Shown here: positions 1 through 9,308 of the stretch, piece after piece | Numbering within the stretch: position 1 is the first letter of the stretch | Layout of the letters: each line of letters starts with the position of its first letter | Origin: a bacterium | Lineage (GTDB): Bacteria; UBA8248 | Direction of reading: 5' to 3' | Assembly: GCA_965204535.1 (NCBI GenBank) | Contig: OZ241996.1 | Coordinates: 1,504,001-1,568,000 of the forward strand | Length of the DNA: 64,000 nt | The notes under the pieces: model-generated | The model's database searches: none | Told to the model about the DNA's origin: nothing | What the model saw: only the letters and a program-made list of their open reading frames with translations | Position numbers and translations under genes: made by a program

Positions 1-414
1 CGCACGCCCACCGAAGCCGATGACATTCTCGTAAAACCCGTCCGGGAAGAAGAACTTTTGTATCGCGTCCGCAATCTATGCCATTCCCCGGGCCAGGATT
101 CAGAAGGTGCGCGCACCCTCAAGAGCAAGGGATTGACGCTCGATGAGAGCCGCTACGAAATCAGGCTCGACGGCGAGTTGATCGATTTGACATACCGGGA
201 ATTCGAGCTTTTGAAGCATCTCATCAACAACCCCGAGCGCGTCTTCGACAGGGAGCAGCTTCTGAACCTCGTCTGGGGAATCGACTATCTCGGCGGCCCG
301 CGGACGGTCGACGTTCACGTTCGCCGCATTCGCTCGAAAATCGAAGTCAGGGGATATTCGTTTATTTCGACGGTGCGGGGAGTCGGGTACAAGTTTATCG
401 GAGAATCTTCGTGA
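1..414 (+). CDS. OmpR/PhoB-family response regulator, GlnR-like (5'-truncated by window edge)
   Basis: Frame is open from base 1 (RTPTEADDILVKPVREEELLYRV, the end of a receiver domain). The winged-helix domain LTYREFELLKHL...LVWGIDYLGGPRTVDVHVRRIRSK closely resembles actinobacterial GlnR. Lies directly upstream of a GS-family gene. Confidence 0.85.
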   Translation, partial: RTPTEADDILVKPVREEELLYRVRNLCHSPGQDSEGARTLKSKGLTLDESRYEIRLDGELIDLTYREFELLKHLINNPERVFDREQLLNLVWGIDYLGGPRTVDVHVRRIRSKIEVRGYSFISTVRGVGYKFIGESS

Positions 415-461
415 CGCCTGATATCTTGCATTTCTTCGGAACGATGAAATACCGGCGGCAC

Positions 462-488
462 GAAACCGGCGCGAAACATTCACGATAT
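462..488 (+). promoter_or_regulatory. Candidate GlnR/OmpR-type direct-repeat operator
   Basis: GAAAC(462-466)-n6-GAAAC(473-477)-n6-GATAT(484-488), 11-bp periodicity, between the regulator and glnA. Confidence 0.5.
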
Positions 489-535
489 AGGCTGACTGTC
501 CTTGTCGGGAACACCGGCTTTTACTGGAGTTCATA

Positions 536-1882
536 ATGCCTGACGCATTCGATGATAAAGACCGCGATTTCGTAATCAACCAGGCCCGCGAACTCGGCGT
601 GCGTTTCATCCGCATGTGGTTCACCGACATCCTGGGCTTCCTCAAGAGTTTCGCCATCACCATCGAAGAGCTCGAAAACGCGCTCTACGAAGGACATCTT
701 TTCGATGGGGCCGCCATAGAGGGCTTCGCGCGCATCGAGGAGAGCGACATGTTCGCCCACCCCGATCCGACGACGTTCTGCGTGCTGCCCTGGCGCCCGC
801 AGGACGGCGGGGCCGTCGCAAGAATGTTCTGCGACATCAAGGACCCTGACGGCAACCCCTACGAGAGCGACCCGCGATACGTGCTCAGACGAACGCTCCA
901 GAGTGCGGCAAAAAAGGGATTTACGTTTTATGCAGGCGTGGAATATGAGCACTACTATTTCAAATCCCCCGAATTGCCGATTGAAACGCTCGACCGGGGC
1001 GGGTACTTCGACCTCACGCCCCTCGACATCGCAAGCGACCTGAGGCGTGAGACCGTTCTGAACCTCGAAAAAATGGGGATCGGGGTCGAATACAGCCATC
1101 ACGAAGTCGGGCCCAGCCAGCACGAAATCGATTTGCGCTATGGAGACGCGCTCACCATGGCGGACAACGCGATGACCTACCGGCTCGTCGTCAAGGAAGT
1201 CGCCATGCGGCACGGCGTCTACGCCACTTTCATGCCGAAACCCTTGTCCGAAGAAAACGGAAACGGCATGCACACCCACCTCTCCCTGTTCCAGGGTTCG
1301 GAAAACGCATTCCACGACCCGGAAAAGCCCGGCGGACTCTCGGATACGTGCCAGGCGTTCATGGCCGGCCTTTTGAAATACGTGCCCGAGATGACACTCG
1401 TCCTCAACCAATGGGTGAACAGCTACAAACGACTCGTGCCCGGTTTCGAGGCGCCCGCCTACGTCACTTGGGCGCACAAGAGCCGCAGCGATCTAATCCG
1501 CATCCCCAGCACGCGCAAGGGTATGGAATCCGATACGCGAATCGAATTGCGCTCGCCGGACTCTGCGTGCAATCCCTATCTGGCGTTCGCCTGCATGCTG
1601 GCGGCCGGAATGGCGGGAATCGAAGAGGGCCTGACCCCGGTCCCTGCAGTAGAAGAGAACGTGTTCGAAATGAGTGAGGAGAGCCGCAAGAAACAAGGCA
1701 TCAAAAGCCTGCCGGGGAACCTGCGGGAGGCCACGATGCTGGCCGAGCAGAGTGATTTCCTGAAGAACGTGTTCGGAAACCAGTTGTTCGATAAATTCAT
1801 CGAGAACAAAAAACTCGAATGGGCGCCCTACCGCGCCCACGTCTCGGATTTCGAACTCAACAAATATCTCTCGATTCTCTAA
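536..1882 (+). CDS. glnA: Glutamine synthetase type I family protein (GSI-alpha/GlnA2-like)
   Basis: Motifs FDGAAIEGF, HHEVGPSQHEI, ATFMPKP, NGNGMHTHLS, NSYKRLVPGFEAP, RIELRSPDSACNPYL; GGAG RBS upstream. Confidence 0.92.
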   Translation: MPDAFDDKDRDFVINQARELGVRFIRMWFTDILGFLKSFAITIEELENALYEGHLFDGAAIEGFARIEESDMFAHPDPTTFCVLPWRPQDGGAVARMFCDIKDPDGNPYESDPRYVLRRTLQSAAKKGFTFYAGVEYEHYYFKSPELPIETLDRGGYFDLTPLDIASDLRRETVLNLEKMGIGVEYSHHEVGPSQHEIDLRYGDALTMADNAMTYRLVVKEVAMRHGVYATFMPKPLSEENGNGMHTHLSLFQGSENAFHDPEKPGGLSDTCQAFMAGLLKYVPEMTLVLNQWVNSYKRLVPGFEAPAYVTWAHKSRSDLIRIPSTRKGMESDTRIELRSPDSACNPYLAFACMLAAGMAGIEEGLTPVPAVEENVFEMSEESRKKQGIKSLPGNLREATMLAEQSDFLKNVFGNQLFDKFIENKKLEWAPYRAHVSDFELNKYLSIL

Positions 1883-1886
1883 ATAC

Positions 1887-1909
1887 CGTTTTTCCTCTCA
1901 GGAAAAACG
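1887..1909. terminator. Hairpin between convergent glnA and cutA
   Basis: Perfect 10-bp inverted repeat CGTTTTTCCT-ctc-AGGAAAAACG just after the glnA stop. Confidence 0.55.
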
Positions 1910-1929
1910 AAACGAGAGAACGTGACGCG

Positions 1930-2259
1930 CTAGTCGGCGCAACTCTCCGCCAGCCATTCGAGGTAAGACGCACCCCCCTGGTCAACGGGTATGGCCAGCA
2001 CCTCCGGCACGTCGTAACTGTGGATTTGCGCCAGGTGATCGGAGAGGGCCTGCAACTTATCCTGCGTGGTCTTCATGATGAGCAGGACTTCCGCATCATC
2101 CTGAACCTCTCCTTCCCATCGATAGAGGCTGCGAACTTTCGGTACCAGGTTCACACAGGCGCACAGCTTGCGCTCGAGCAATGATCTCGCAATCCGAGCG
2201 CCCTCCTCCTCAGAACCCGCCGTGCTCAACACGATCCGGAACGCCCGACCATCCTTCAC
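1930..2259 (-). CDS. cutA: Divalent-cation tolerance protein CutA
   Basis: ACVNLVPKVRSLYRWEG and HSYDVPEVLA motifs, 109 aa. Confidence 0.93.
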   Translation of the reverse strand: MKDGRAFRIVLSTAGSEEEGARIARSLLERKLCACVNLVPKVRSLYRWEGEVQDDAEVLLIMKTTQDKLQALSDHLAQIHSYDVPEVLAIPVDQGGASYLEWLAESCAD

Positions 2260-2269
2260 TGCCTTCTCC

Positions 2270-3226
2270 TCATGCGCCCAGTATCTTCTCGGCTGCGCTG
2301 TAGGGGTCTATTCTTCGCGCGGCGACGGCGTCCAGGAGTTCATCCAACTCCCGTCCGCCCCTCACGCCGTCTCCCATGCGCTCCACCGCGAGTTCCTTCA
2401 TCACCTCTGCCAGTGTGATGCGGGCGCGCTCGCGCCCCAGGCGTCCGGCTTCATCGGGATGTTCCTGTAAAAAGGCCATGCGCGCCTCGATCTGTGCGGC
2501 CAACTCTTCCGTCCCCTCACCCGTGAGCGCTTCCGTTTTCAGCACAGGAGGCCTCCAGGAACTCGCCTCGCCGGGATGAAACTTGAAGTCCAGCATTTCC
2601 TCGATTTCCTTCACCGTGCGGTCCGCACCGTCGCGCTTCGCCTTGTTCACCACGAAAACATCGCCGATTTCGAGGATGCCCGCCTTCGCCGCCTGGATAT
2701 GGTCCCCGCCGCCGGGCGTCTGGAGCAAAACGACCACGTCCGCGCATTGCATGATGTTCACCTCGCCCTGCCCGACGCCGACGGTCTCGAGTATCACGAC
2801 ATCCCAACCCATGGCGTCCATGACGCAAAGCGCGTCTCCGGTCGCACGGGCGAGTCCGCCCAGGTGGCCGCGCGTGGCCATGCTGCGGATGAAGACTTTC
2901 GGGTCCGTGCTGTGCCTACCCATCCGGATGCGGTCGCCCAGAATCGCTCCGCCCGTGAACGGGCTCGTCGGGTCCACGGCGATAACACATATTCTCTTGT
3001 CCTGAGCGCGATAATGGGCGATCAGCTGATCGGAAAGCGTGCTCTTGCCCGCGCCGGGAGGGCCCGTAATGCCGATGACCAGGCTTTTTCCGCCTTTCAG
3101 ATACAGTTCCTGCAGAATGGGTTTCGCACGCGGGTCATTGTCTTCCACCAGCGTGATGAGCCTGGCGGCGGGTCGAACCATCCCGTCCAGGATCTGAGGA
3201 ATTTGAATTTTATTTTTATTGCTCAT
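2270..3226 (-). CDS. meaB: Methylmalonyl-CoA mutase-associated GTPase MeaB/ArgK
   Basis: GITGPPGAGKST P-loop, AVDPTSPFTGGAILGDRIRM, ETVGVGQ, NKAK. Confidence 0.92.
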   Translation of the reverse strand: MSNKNKIQIPQILDGMVRPAARLITLVEDNDPRAKPILQELYLKGGKSLVIGITGPPGAGKSTLSDQLIAHYRAQDKRICVIAVDPTSPFTGGAILGDRIRMGRHSTDPKVFIRSMATRGHLGGLARATGDALCVMDAMGWDVVILETVGVGQGEVNIMQCADVVVLLQTPGGGDHIQAAKAGILEIGDVFVVNKAKRDGADRTVKEIEEMLDFKFHPGEASSWRPPVLKTEALTGEGTEELAAQIEARMAFLQEHPDEAGRLGRERARITLAEVMKELAVERMGDGVRGGRELDELLDAVAARRIDPYSAAEKILGA

Positions 3227-3291
3227 ATTTAGTTATTTATCAGTAGTTTGTGAGCGGATCATCAAGTTATTTCTAATCAATGTTGCGGCCT

Positions 3292-4437
3292 TCAGGAATC
3301 GAAGAGATACCGGCATACGAGATTGCGGTGCACCTCGCTCGTGCCTTCCCCGAGCGTGAACACCCGGGCGTCGCGCCAGAACATCCCCGCCGGCGTTTCC
3401 GCGATATAGCCATACCCGCCATGAATCTGTATGCCTCTATCGCATACGCGAAGACATGCTTCCGAGGCGAACAGTTTCGCCATGGCCACCTCTTCCCTGT
3501 TGTCTCCTCCCGCGTCGCGTATTTTCGCTGCTGCTACGACCATCTCGCGCGCGGTGGCGATGTCGATGGCGCTCTCGGCCATCAGCCCTTTCAAACCTGC
3601 GAAATCGGAGACAGGTCTTCCGAACGCCTCGCGCTTCTTGGCATGGGATGCCGCCGCATCGAGCGACGCCTGAGCGATGCCGACGCACATCGCACCCAGC
3701 ACGACCCTCCCGTCGTTCAGAACCTGCATCGCCTGTCGCAGACCGGCCCCTTCTTCTCCGATGAGGCGCTCCGCCGGAACCTCACAGTTCTCAAAAAAGA
3801 TTTCCGCCGTGCCTGCCGAGCGCATCCCGAGAGTCTGCTCAAGCGGGACGCTTCTGCGCCCCTCATCGCCTTTTTCTATCAAAAACGCGCTGATTCCGTC
3901 TTTTCCCTCCGCCGTGCGCGCAAAGATGACCAGGCTTTCAAAAGCCATTCCTTGCGTGACGAACATTTTCCCGCCGTTGATGACGTAGGCGTCCCCTTGC
4001 CGCCTCGCCTCGCACTCGAGAGCCGCCGCATGGCTGCCCGCGACCCGCTCGGTGATCGCCCAAGCGCCTATGGCTCCTTTCGTGATTCGGGGAATGCAGC
4101 TATTTTTCTGGGCATCCGATCCATGATGCAGCAAGTGACCCCCGCACAGGCCCGCCGAGATGCTGATAGTGAGCGCGAAACTCGGGTCACCACCGGCCAG
4201 TTCCTCCAAGACGAGGCATTCATCGAACAAACCGAGACCGCGGCCACCCAGGCCTTCGGGTAATTTCACGCCGATAAACCCCGCCTTCGCCGCCTCCTGG
4301 TACAACTCGAAGGAGAACGTACCCGTAAGATCGCGCTCCAGGGCGCCGGGGGCGAGCATTTGTTGAGCGAACTCACGGGCATTTGCCAGGAGGGCTGTTT
4401 CTTGTTCCGTTAATTCCGTGTGCGTGGTGATAGACAA
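3292..4437 (-). CDS. Acyl-CoA dehydrogenase
   Basis: AWAITE..AGS, INGGKMFVT, REAFGRPV, IQIHGGYGY, WRDARVFTLGEGTSEV. Confidence 0.92.
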   Translation of the reverse strand: MSITTHTELTEQETALLANAREFAQQMLAPGALERDLTGTFSFELYQEAAKAGFIGVKLPEGLGGRGLGLFDECLVLEELAGGDPSFALTISISAGLCGGHLLHHGSDAQKNSCIPRITKGAIGAWAITERVAGSHAAALECEARRQGDAYVINGGKMFVTQGMAFESLVIFARTAEGKDGISAFLIEKGDEGRRSVPLEQTLGMRSAGTAEIFFENCEVPAERLIGEEGAGLRQAMQVLNDGRVVLGAMCVGIAQASLDAAASHAKKREAFGRPVSDFAGLKGLMAESAIDIATAREMVVAAAKIRDAGGDNREEVAMAKLFASEACLRVCDRGIQIHGGYGYIAETPAGMFWRDARVFTLGEGTSEVHRNLVCRYLFDS

Positions 4438-4442
4438 GCTCG

Positions 4443-5432
4443 TTATCCTCCACCCGTCTGGAGCGCCGGGATGATCTCTTCGCCCAGGAGGGTCAGCCTG
4501 TGCGGGTTGATATCCAGATCAGGGATAGTGACCAGAATATGGTCCACGCCCGCTTTCGGGTATTCCTTGAGGCGCGCAACACAGTCATCGGGTGTTCCGT
4601 AGACGCTTCCTGATTCCGGGATGACGCTCAGCTTCTCACGAGCCGCCACGGCGGCCGCCCTGTCTTTTTCGGGAATCACCATGACCATGAGAGACGCCCT
4701 TATCGCGTCGGGGTCTCTGCCCGCCTTTTTGCATTCCGCCTCCATCTCGGGTCTTTTCTCCAGAAACTGCTCGGGCGTCCACCAGCGGCAGTTGTAGCCG
4801 TCCGCCTGGCGCGCTGAAACGCCCAGCAGTTTTGGGCCCTCGCCTCCCGTCCAGATCGGCGGGTGCGGCTTTTGCACCGGCGGCGGGTCGCAAACCCCGT
4901 TTTGGATCTGAAAATACCCACCTTCGAAATGGGGGGCCGATTCGGTCCACATCGCGCGAATCAGTTGAATGGCCTCTTCCAATTGCCCGATACGCACGGC
5001 GGCATTCGGATAGGGATATCCGAAAGAATGATATTCGTTTTCGATCCAGCCCGCGCCAATCCCGAAATCCACCCGGCCCTTGCTGATGACGTCGACAGTG
5101 GCCGCCGTCTTCGCCAGCATGGCTGGCGGCCGGTATCCCACGCACGACACCAGCGTGCCCAGACGCAAGCGTTCGGTATCACGCGCCAAGGCGGCGAGAG
5201 TCGTCCAGGGCTCCAGAATTGCGGTATCGGCGGATTGCTCTTTCTCATCCTGAGCGCCGAAGCCCGTCTGGCTCCCGTAGGAGGCGGGATCGAGCGTCAC
5301 GAAATGGTCGCAATGCCAGAGAGAACCGATGCCGAGCCTCTCCGCCTCCTGGGCGATTTCCCTCAGCTTATCGTAGTCGCCGATATACGTGCCCTTGAGG
5401 GTCAGGGCCACGATGATGCCGACTTCCACCAT
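4443..5432 (-). CDS. LLM-class (luciferase-like), probably F420-dependent oxidoreductase
   Basis: WHCDHF, LEPWTTLAALA, RLGTLVS, YRPPAMLAKTAATVDVISKGR, PPVQKPHPPIWTGG. Start taken at ATG 5432 (GAAAGG upstream). Confidence 0.88.
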   Translation of the reverse strand: MVEVGIIVALTLKGTYIGDYDKLREIAQEAERLGIGSLWHCDHFVTLDPASYGSQTGFGAQDEKEQSADTAILEPWTTLAALARDTERLRLGTLVSCVGYRPPAMLAKTAATVDVISKGRVDFGIGAGWIENEYHSFGYPYPNAAVRIGQLEEAIQLIRAMWTESAPHFEGGYFQIQNGVCDPPPVQKPHPPIWTGGEGPKLLGVSARQADGYNCRWWTPEQFLEKRPEMEAECKKAGRDPDAIRASLMVMVIPEKDRAAAVAAREKLSVIPESGSVYGTPDDCVARLKEYPKAGVDHILVTIPDLDINPHRLTLLGEEIIPALQTGGG

Positions 5433-5554
5433 GATGCGCCTTTCTTGCACGGGAATACATGAAAACCGCTTTGCTCTCTCACCTTATCAGTATTGCGAGC
5501 GAGAAACGAGGGAGACCCGCATGCTCCTATCCGCATCGCTCCACCGTTGAAACC

Positions 5555-6436
5555 CTATTTGCCCAAAACGACGCCGACGGCGCCGATGACGGACAAGAGA
5601 CCACCCATGACGACGCGCAGGTTCACCGCCTCCTGTTTTCTGAAAAACACCCATGACAGAAAAATGATGAGCAGCACCGAGAGGCGATTCAGGGGGATGA
5701 TCTGAACGATCTCCCCCGTTTTTATGGATGACCAGAAGAAAAAAGCGGCCATCGCGTTCAGGCAAGCGCCGCCCAAAACGGCCAGGAGCCCTTTTCTGTC
5801 CCAGGACTTGGGCGCCCTCCCCTCCACGGACAAAGGCAGGACAAACAGCGCGAGGCAGAACGCCGTCATGCTGCCGGCCGTCATCCCCAGCGAGGCGGAT
5901 TTGATAATCTGCAGCCCGAATTTGCCGAATATGTGCGTCATCGCGAACAAAACGGCCGTTCCCAAAGGGACCAGGTAATAAAACAAGGGAATGCGCCTTT
6001 GAACCTCGCCCTTTTCATAGACCAGCAGAATCGACCCCGCCAAGATGGTCAGCGTTCCGAGCGCGATGAGCCACGTCATCCGCTCGCCCGCGAAAGCCAC
6101 CGCAAACAGCGACGCCCACACGAGGCTGGTTTGAGTGACGATGGAAGAGCGCGCCAGCCCCACCAGCTTCATGCCGACGAGGCTGAGGTAACGTCCGACG
6201 AAAGAGCCGGATATGCCCATGGCGGCGAACCAGAGGAGTCCCCCGAGCGGCCAATCCGCCACGCCGCCTTCCAGAAAATAGAAGGTCGTGCCGAAGCACA
6301 CCTGCACGGCGAGCATGAAGACGTTCATCACAATCGGGCTCAGGCGCGCCACGCCTGCGCGGTACAGCGTGCGCGCGGAGGCGATGAAACAAGCGGCGAT
6401 GAGCGCCAGGATGTTCGGGTGGATGAAGTCGACCAA
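5555..6436 (-). CDS. DMT/EamA-family transporter
   Basis: About 10 hydrophobic segments in two repeats; FAGERMTW motif; paralog of the adjacent gene. Confidence 0.85.
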   Translation of the reverse strand: MVDFIHPNILALIAACFIASARTLYRAGVARLSPIVMNVFMLAVQVCFGTTFYFLEGGVADWPLGGLLWFAAMGISGSFVGRYLSLVGMKLVGLARSSIVTQTSLVWASLFAVAFAGERMTWLIALGTLTILAGSILLVYEKGEVQRRIPLFYYLVPLGTAVLFAMTHIFGKFGLQIIKSASLGMTAGSMTAFCLALFVLPLSVEGRAPKSWDRKGLLAVLGGACLNAMAAFFFWSSIKTGEIVQIIPLNRLSVLLIIFLSWVFFRKQEAVNLRVVMGGLLSVIGAVGVVLGK

Positions 6437-6439
6437 GGC

Positions 6440-7327
6440 TTACCTTCCCGTCACGGTAAAGAAGGCGCCCATCAGCGCGACCAATGCGCCCAGGACGACG
6501 CGCCACGTCACGTTTTCCTGCTGCCGGAACAACAGCCACGAGAGAAAGATGATCAACAGGACGGACAGGCGGGTTAAGGGGATGACGCGGGTGATCTCGC
6601 CGAGCTTCACCGAAGACCAGAAGAAGAAAATACCGCATCCCTGCAGTGCGGCTCCCAGGAGAAGGACGAAGAACCCCTTGGTGTCGCCGCTTGTACGCGG
6701 GTCTCCCTGGCTCTGTGCGAAGGGCGCCATCCCCAGCAGGAGCGCGAGCGAGGTCGTGTTGGCGACCGCCATCCCGAAGGCGGAGGATGAAATCCACTCG
6801 AACGCGAATTTTCCCACCAGATGCGCGAATGCGTACATGAGCGCGGACGCGATGGGGAGCGCATAGTAGTGAAGCGGTATCCTGCGTCCGATGTCCCCCT
6901 TGGGATTGTAGACGAGCAGGCTCGCCCCGCACATGACGCCCAGAATTCCGGCCGCTTTCTGAAGAGACATGTCCTCCCCCAATATGAAAACGGCGAGAAC
7001 CGACGACCACACCAGGACGGTCTGGCTCATGACCGACGCGCGCGCCAGGCCGGTATAGCGGATGGCGGTGAAGTTGATGTATCTGCCCAGAAAACTCCCG
7101 AAAAAACCCATGGCCATGAACCAGAAAACGCCCTGATAAGGCATCTGGTCGAGCGGCCCCTCCACCCAGAAGAAAAACCACCCGAGCGTGGTCGTCACGC
7201 ACGCCATCACCAGATTGGCCATGTGCATTTTCATGCGCGGAATCGCATAGCGCTGCGAAACGCGGGCGAAGGCGATGAGCGCGGCGCAGCAGAGCGCTAA
7301 AATGTTGGGATGAATGGCATCAAGCAA
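6440..7327 (-). CDS. DMT/EamA-family transporter
   Basis: About 10 TM segments; FILGEDMS motif; shares HPNILAL and PL.RLSVL.IIFLSW with the downstream paralog. Confidence 0.85.
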   Translation of the reverse strand: MLDAIHPNILALCCAALIAFARVSQRYAIPRMKMHMANLVMACVTTTLGWFFFWVEGPLDQMPYQGVFWFMAMGFFGSFLGRYINFTAIRYTGLARASVMSQTVLVWSSVLAVFILGEDMSLQKAAGILGVMCGASLLVYNPKGDIGRRIPLHYYALPIASALMYAFAHLVGKFAFEWISSSAFGMAVANTTSLALLLGMAPFAQSQGDPRTSGDTKGFFVLLLGAALQGCGIFFFWSSVKLGEITRVIPLTRLSVLLIIFLSWLLFRQQENVTWRVVLGALVALMGAFFTVTGR

Positions 7328-7667
7328 AATGCCGACCTTTTATGAACAACTTATCTCCCATCCGTACGCCATACGACCACGGATGCACAGGCATCGCCGC
7401 TACTTCGCCGTAAAGGTCGCTGATTCGGGACAAAACGAATACGGAAAGCGGGAAAAACGGCTTACAGGAGCTCGAAAAGGACTTGAGTATTCGGTTCAAG
7501 GAATTTCCCAACAGGCAGAATATGAAGGGCTGATTATGGCACGGAATGCTTCTTCCGGGATAGCTTCAGGCGCTGTGAAACACACGAGCCATGAAACAAC
7601 GAAATATGGTGGATTTGCTATGTGATGGGAGAAATTTGAGGATTCGCCCTCTAACCCGCGTGATCCT

Positions 7668-8174
7668 TTATTGAAACTGGTTTTCGGGAATGAATTGCAT
7701 TTCGTCCAGGCCCTTGTCGACGACTTTGGGACCCCGATACCCCGGAAAATTCTCGACGTAGGGACAATCCTCGGGAAGCCCCCCCATTTCGATGATTTCA
7801 GGCCCGATCGGCAGGCACAGCGGCTCTATATCGAAGCGCTCGGCATATACGCGGCATCGGTTCGTTTCGAGGTCGAGTTGCGGGCAGGCGCTCGTCAACA
7901 AGAGCAGCCTGTCGTCCTCCCAAACCTTGTCGTAACAACACTTTCCGCAACCGGTGCAAAGCGCCTCCCACTCGGGCGTACCGGTGGGTGGCAGGTTCTC
8001 GTCCATCCACCTCTGGATTTCATCGAGGCGGCGCTCCCTGTTCGTCTTGTACATCGGGATGACTTGCGGGGCGTCCCGTTCGAGGCGCCTCTGCTCGGGC
8101 GTCTTCCAAATACGTCTGTCTTTCTTTCCCTTTCGGGGCTTCATCCGCTTTGTGGAATTGGCCTTTTGGGGCAT
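7668..8174 (-). CDS. YcgN/YkgJ-family cysteine-cluster protein (CxxCxxCC)
   Basis: WEALCTGCGKCCY...ACPQLDLETNRCRVYAERF...LPEDCPY. Start at ATG 8174, just after the crotonase stop. Confidence 0.8.
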   Translation of the reverse strand: MPQKANSTKRMKPRKGKKDRRIWKTPEQRRLERDAPQVIPMYKTNRERRLDEIQRWMDENLPPTGTPEWEALCTGCGKCCYDKVWEDDRLLLLTSACPQLDLETNRCRVYAERFDIEPLCLPIGPEIIEMGGLPEDCPYVENFPGYRGPKVVDKGLDEMQFIPENQFQ

Positions 8175-8178
8175 GAGA

Positions 8179-8961
8179 TCAACGATCCTGGAAATCGGCG
8201 GAGCGTTTTTCGATGAACGCGTTGAGGCCTTCCTGGGAGTCTTCCGTGCTGTAGACCAGGCCGAACTTCTCCGTCTCAAGCGTCAAACCCTCATCGAGAC
8301 CGCCCTCCAGGCCGCCGTGTACGGCCTGTAAAATCAACTCGATAGCGGGCTTGCTCTTGGACGCCAGCTTCTGCGCCAGCGCCCTCGCCTCATCCATCAG
8401 GGCGTCCGGCTCGCAGACCCTGTTCACGAGGCCGATACGGTGGGCTTCCTCGGCGTTCACCGGATCGCCCGTCATGAGAATTTCCAGCGCGCGGCCCGCC
8501 CCGACGAGGCGGGTGAGGCGCTGTGTGCCGCCGTAGCCGGGGATGATGCCCAGGTTGATCTCCGGCTGGCCGAAGAGCGCGTTCGTGGACGCCAGCCTGA
8601 TCGAGCACGCCATCGCCACCTCGCAGCCGCCGCCCAGGGCGAACCCGTTCACAGCCGCAATCGAAGGTTTTCCAATGGTTTCCAGATCTCTCAGGATTTT
8701 CGTTCCATGCTCGGAGAGCCACCGCGCACTCAAGGGAGCGCGCCCCACCATGCCCTTGATGTCCGCGCCCGCGATGAAAGCGCGATCGCCCGACCCCGTT
8801 AATATCAATACTTTCAGACCGTTATCATTCTTAAACGCAGATACCACGTGAGCGAGTTCATCCATCGTCTCTGTATTCAGGGCGTTTAGCGCCTTGGGAC
8901 GATTGAACGTGCAGGTGGCGACCGGACCATCGGTTTCATATATCAAGTTGTTATAACTCAA
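8179..8961 (-). CDS. Enoyl-CoA hydratase (crotonase)
   Basis: NRPKALNAL, AFIAGADI, AAVNGFALGGGCEVAMAC, GQPEINLGIIPGYGGTQRL. Confidence 0.94.
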   Translation of the reverse strand: MSYNNLIYETDGPVATCTFNRPKALNALNTETMDELAHVVSAFKNDNGLKVLILTGSGDRAFIAGADIKGMVGRAPLSARWLSEHGTKILRDLETIGKPSIAAVNGFALGGGCEVAMACSIRLASTNALFGQPEINLGIIPGYGGTQRLTRLVGAGRALEILMTGDPVNAEEAHRIGLVNRVCEPDALMDEARALAQKLASKSKPAIELILQAVHGGLEGGLDEGLTLETEKFGLVYSTEDSQEGLNAFIEKRSADFQDR

Positions 8962-9055
8962 TGACTTATCATCCTATTCTTGAAGTCTGGGGTGATTGAA
9001 ACAAATTTATCGAAAAACCCCGTCAATTTATCTGAATTTATCGAATTTTTCAGAT

Positions 9056-9160
9056 TTAATCCCCGTACGCCTCGACGATGACGGACAGCCCCATGCCGCC
9101 GCCGATGCAGGCTCCGGCCAAGCCGTACTTCCCGCCCCGGCGTCTTAACTCGCGCAGCAT
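9056..9160 (-). pseudogene. Duplicated 3' fragment of the thiolase gene (direct repeat of 10053-10157)
   Basis: Encodes MLRELRRRGGKYGLAGACIGGGMGLSVIVEAYGD* versus ILHELRRRGGKYGLAGACIGGGMGLSVIVEAYGG* in the thiolase. 9061-9109 is identical to 10058-10106. Confidence 0.9.
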
Positions 9161-9308
9161 AGAACGGATTCAGGGCGCTTTACCGGATGCAGGGTGGCAC
9201 AGCCTCCGGGTTCACGCAAGATGCGTCTCTCTCCGTGGTAGCGTCAATGAAGCGCGGGCTCCTCATCAGGCGCATTGACGATCAGCCGGTCGATGGCCGC
9301 GCGGGCCA

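Noticed and set aside
2270-3226. MeaB without an adjacent B12-dependent mutase as a novel system
   Set aside because: meaB is often unlinked from its mutase; nothing else here supports novelty.
7537-7552. TGGCACGGAATGC as a sigma-54 promoter
   Set aside because: GG-to-GC spacing is 8 nt rather than the required 10.
7314-7625. 103-aa ORF in the EamA-YcgN spacer
   Set aside because: Atypical codon usage, no RBS or motif; likely non-coding.
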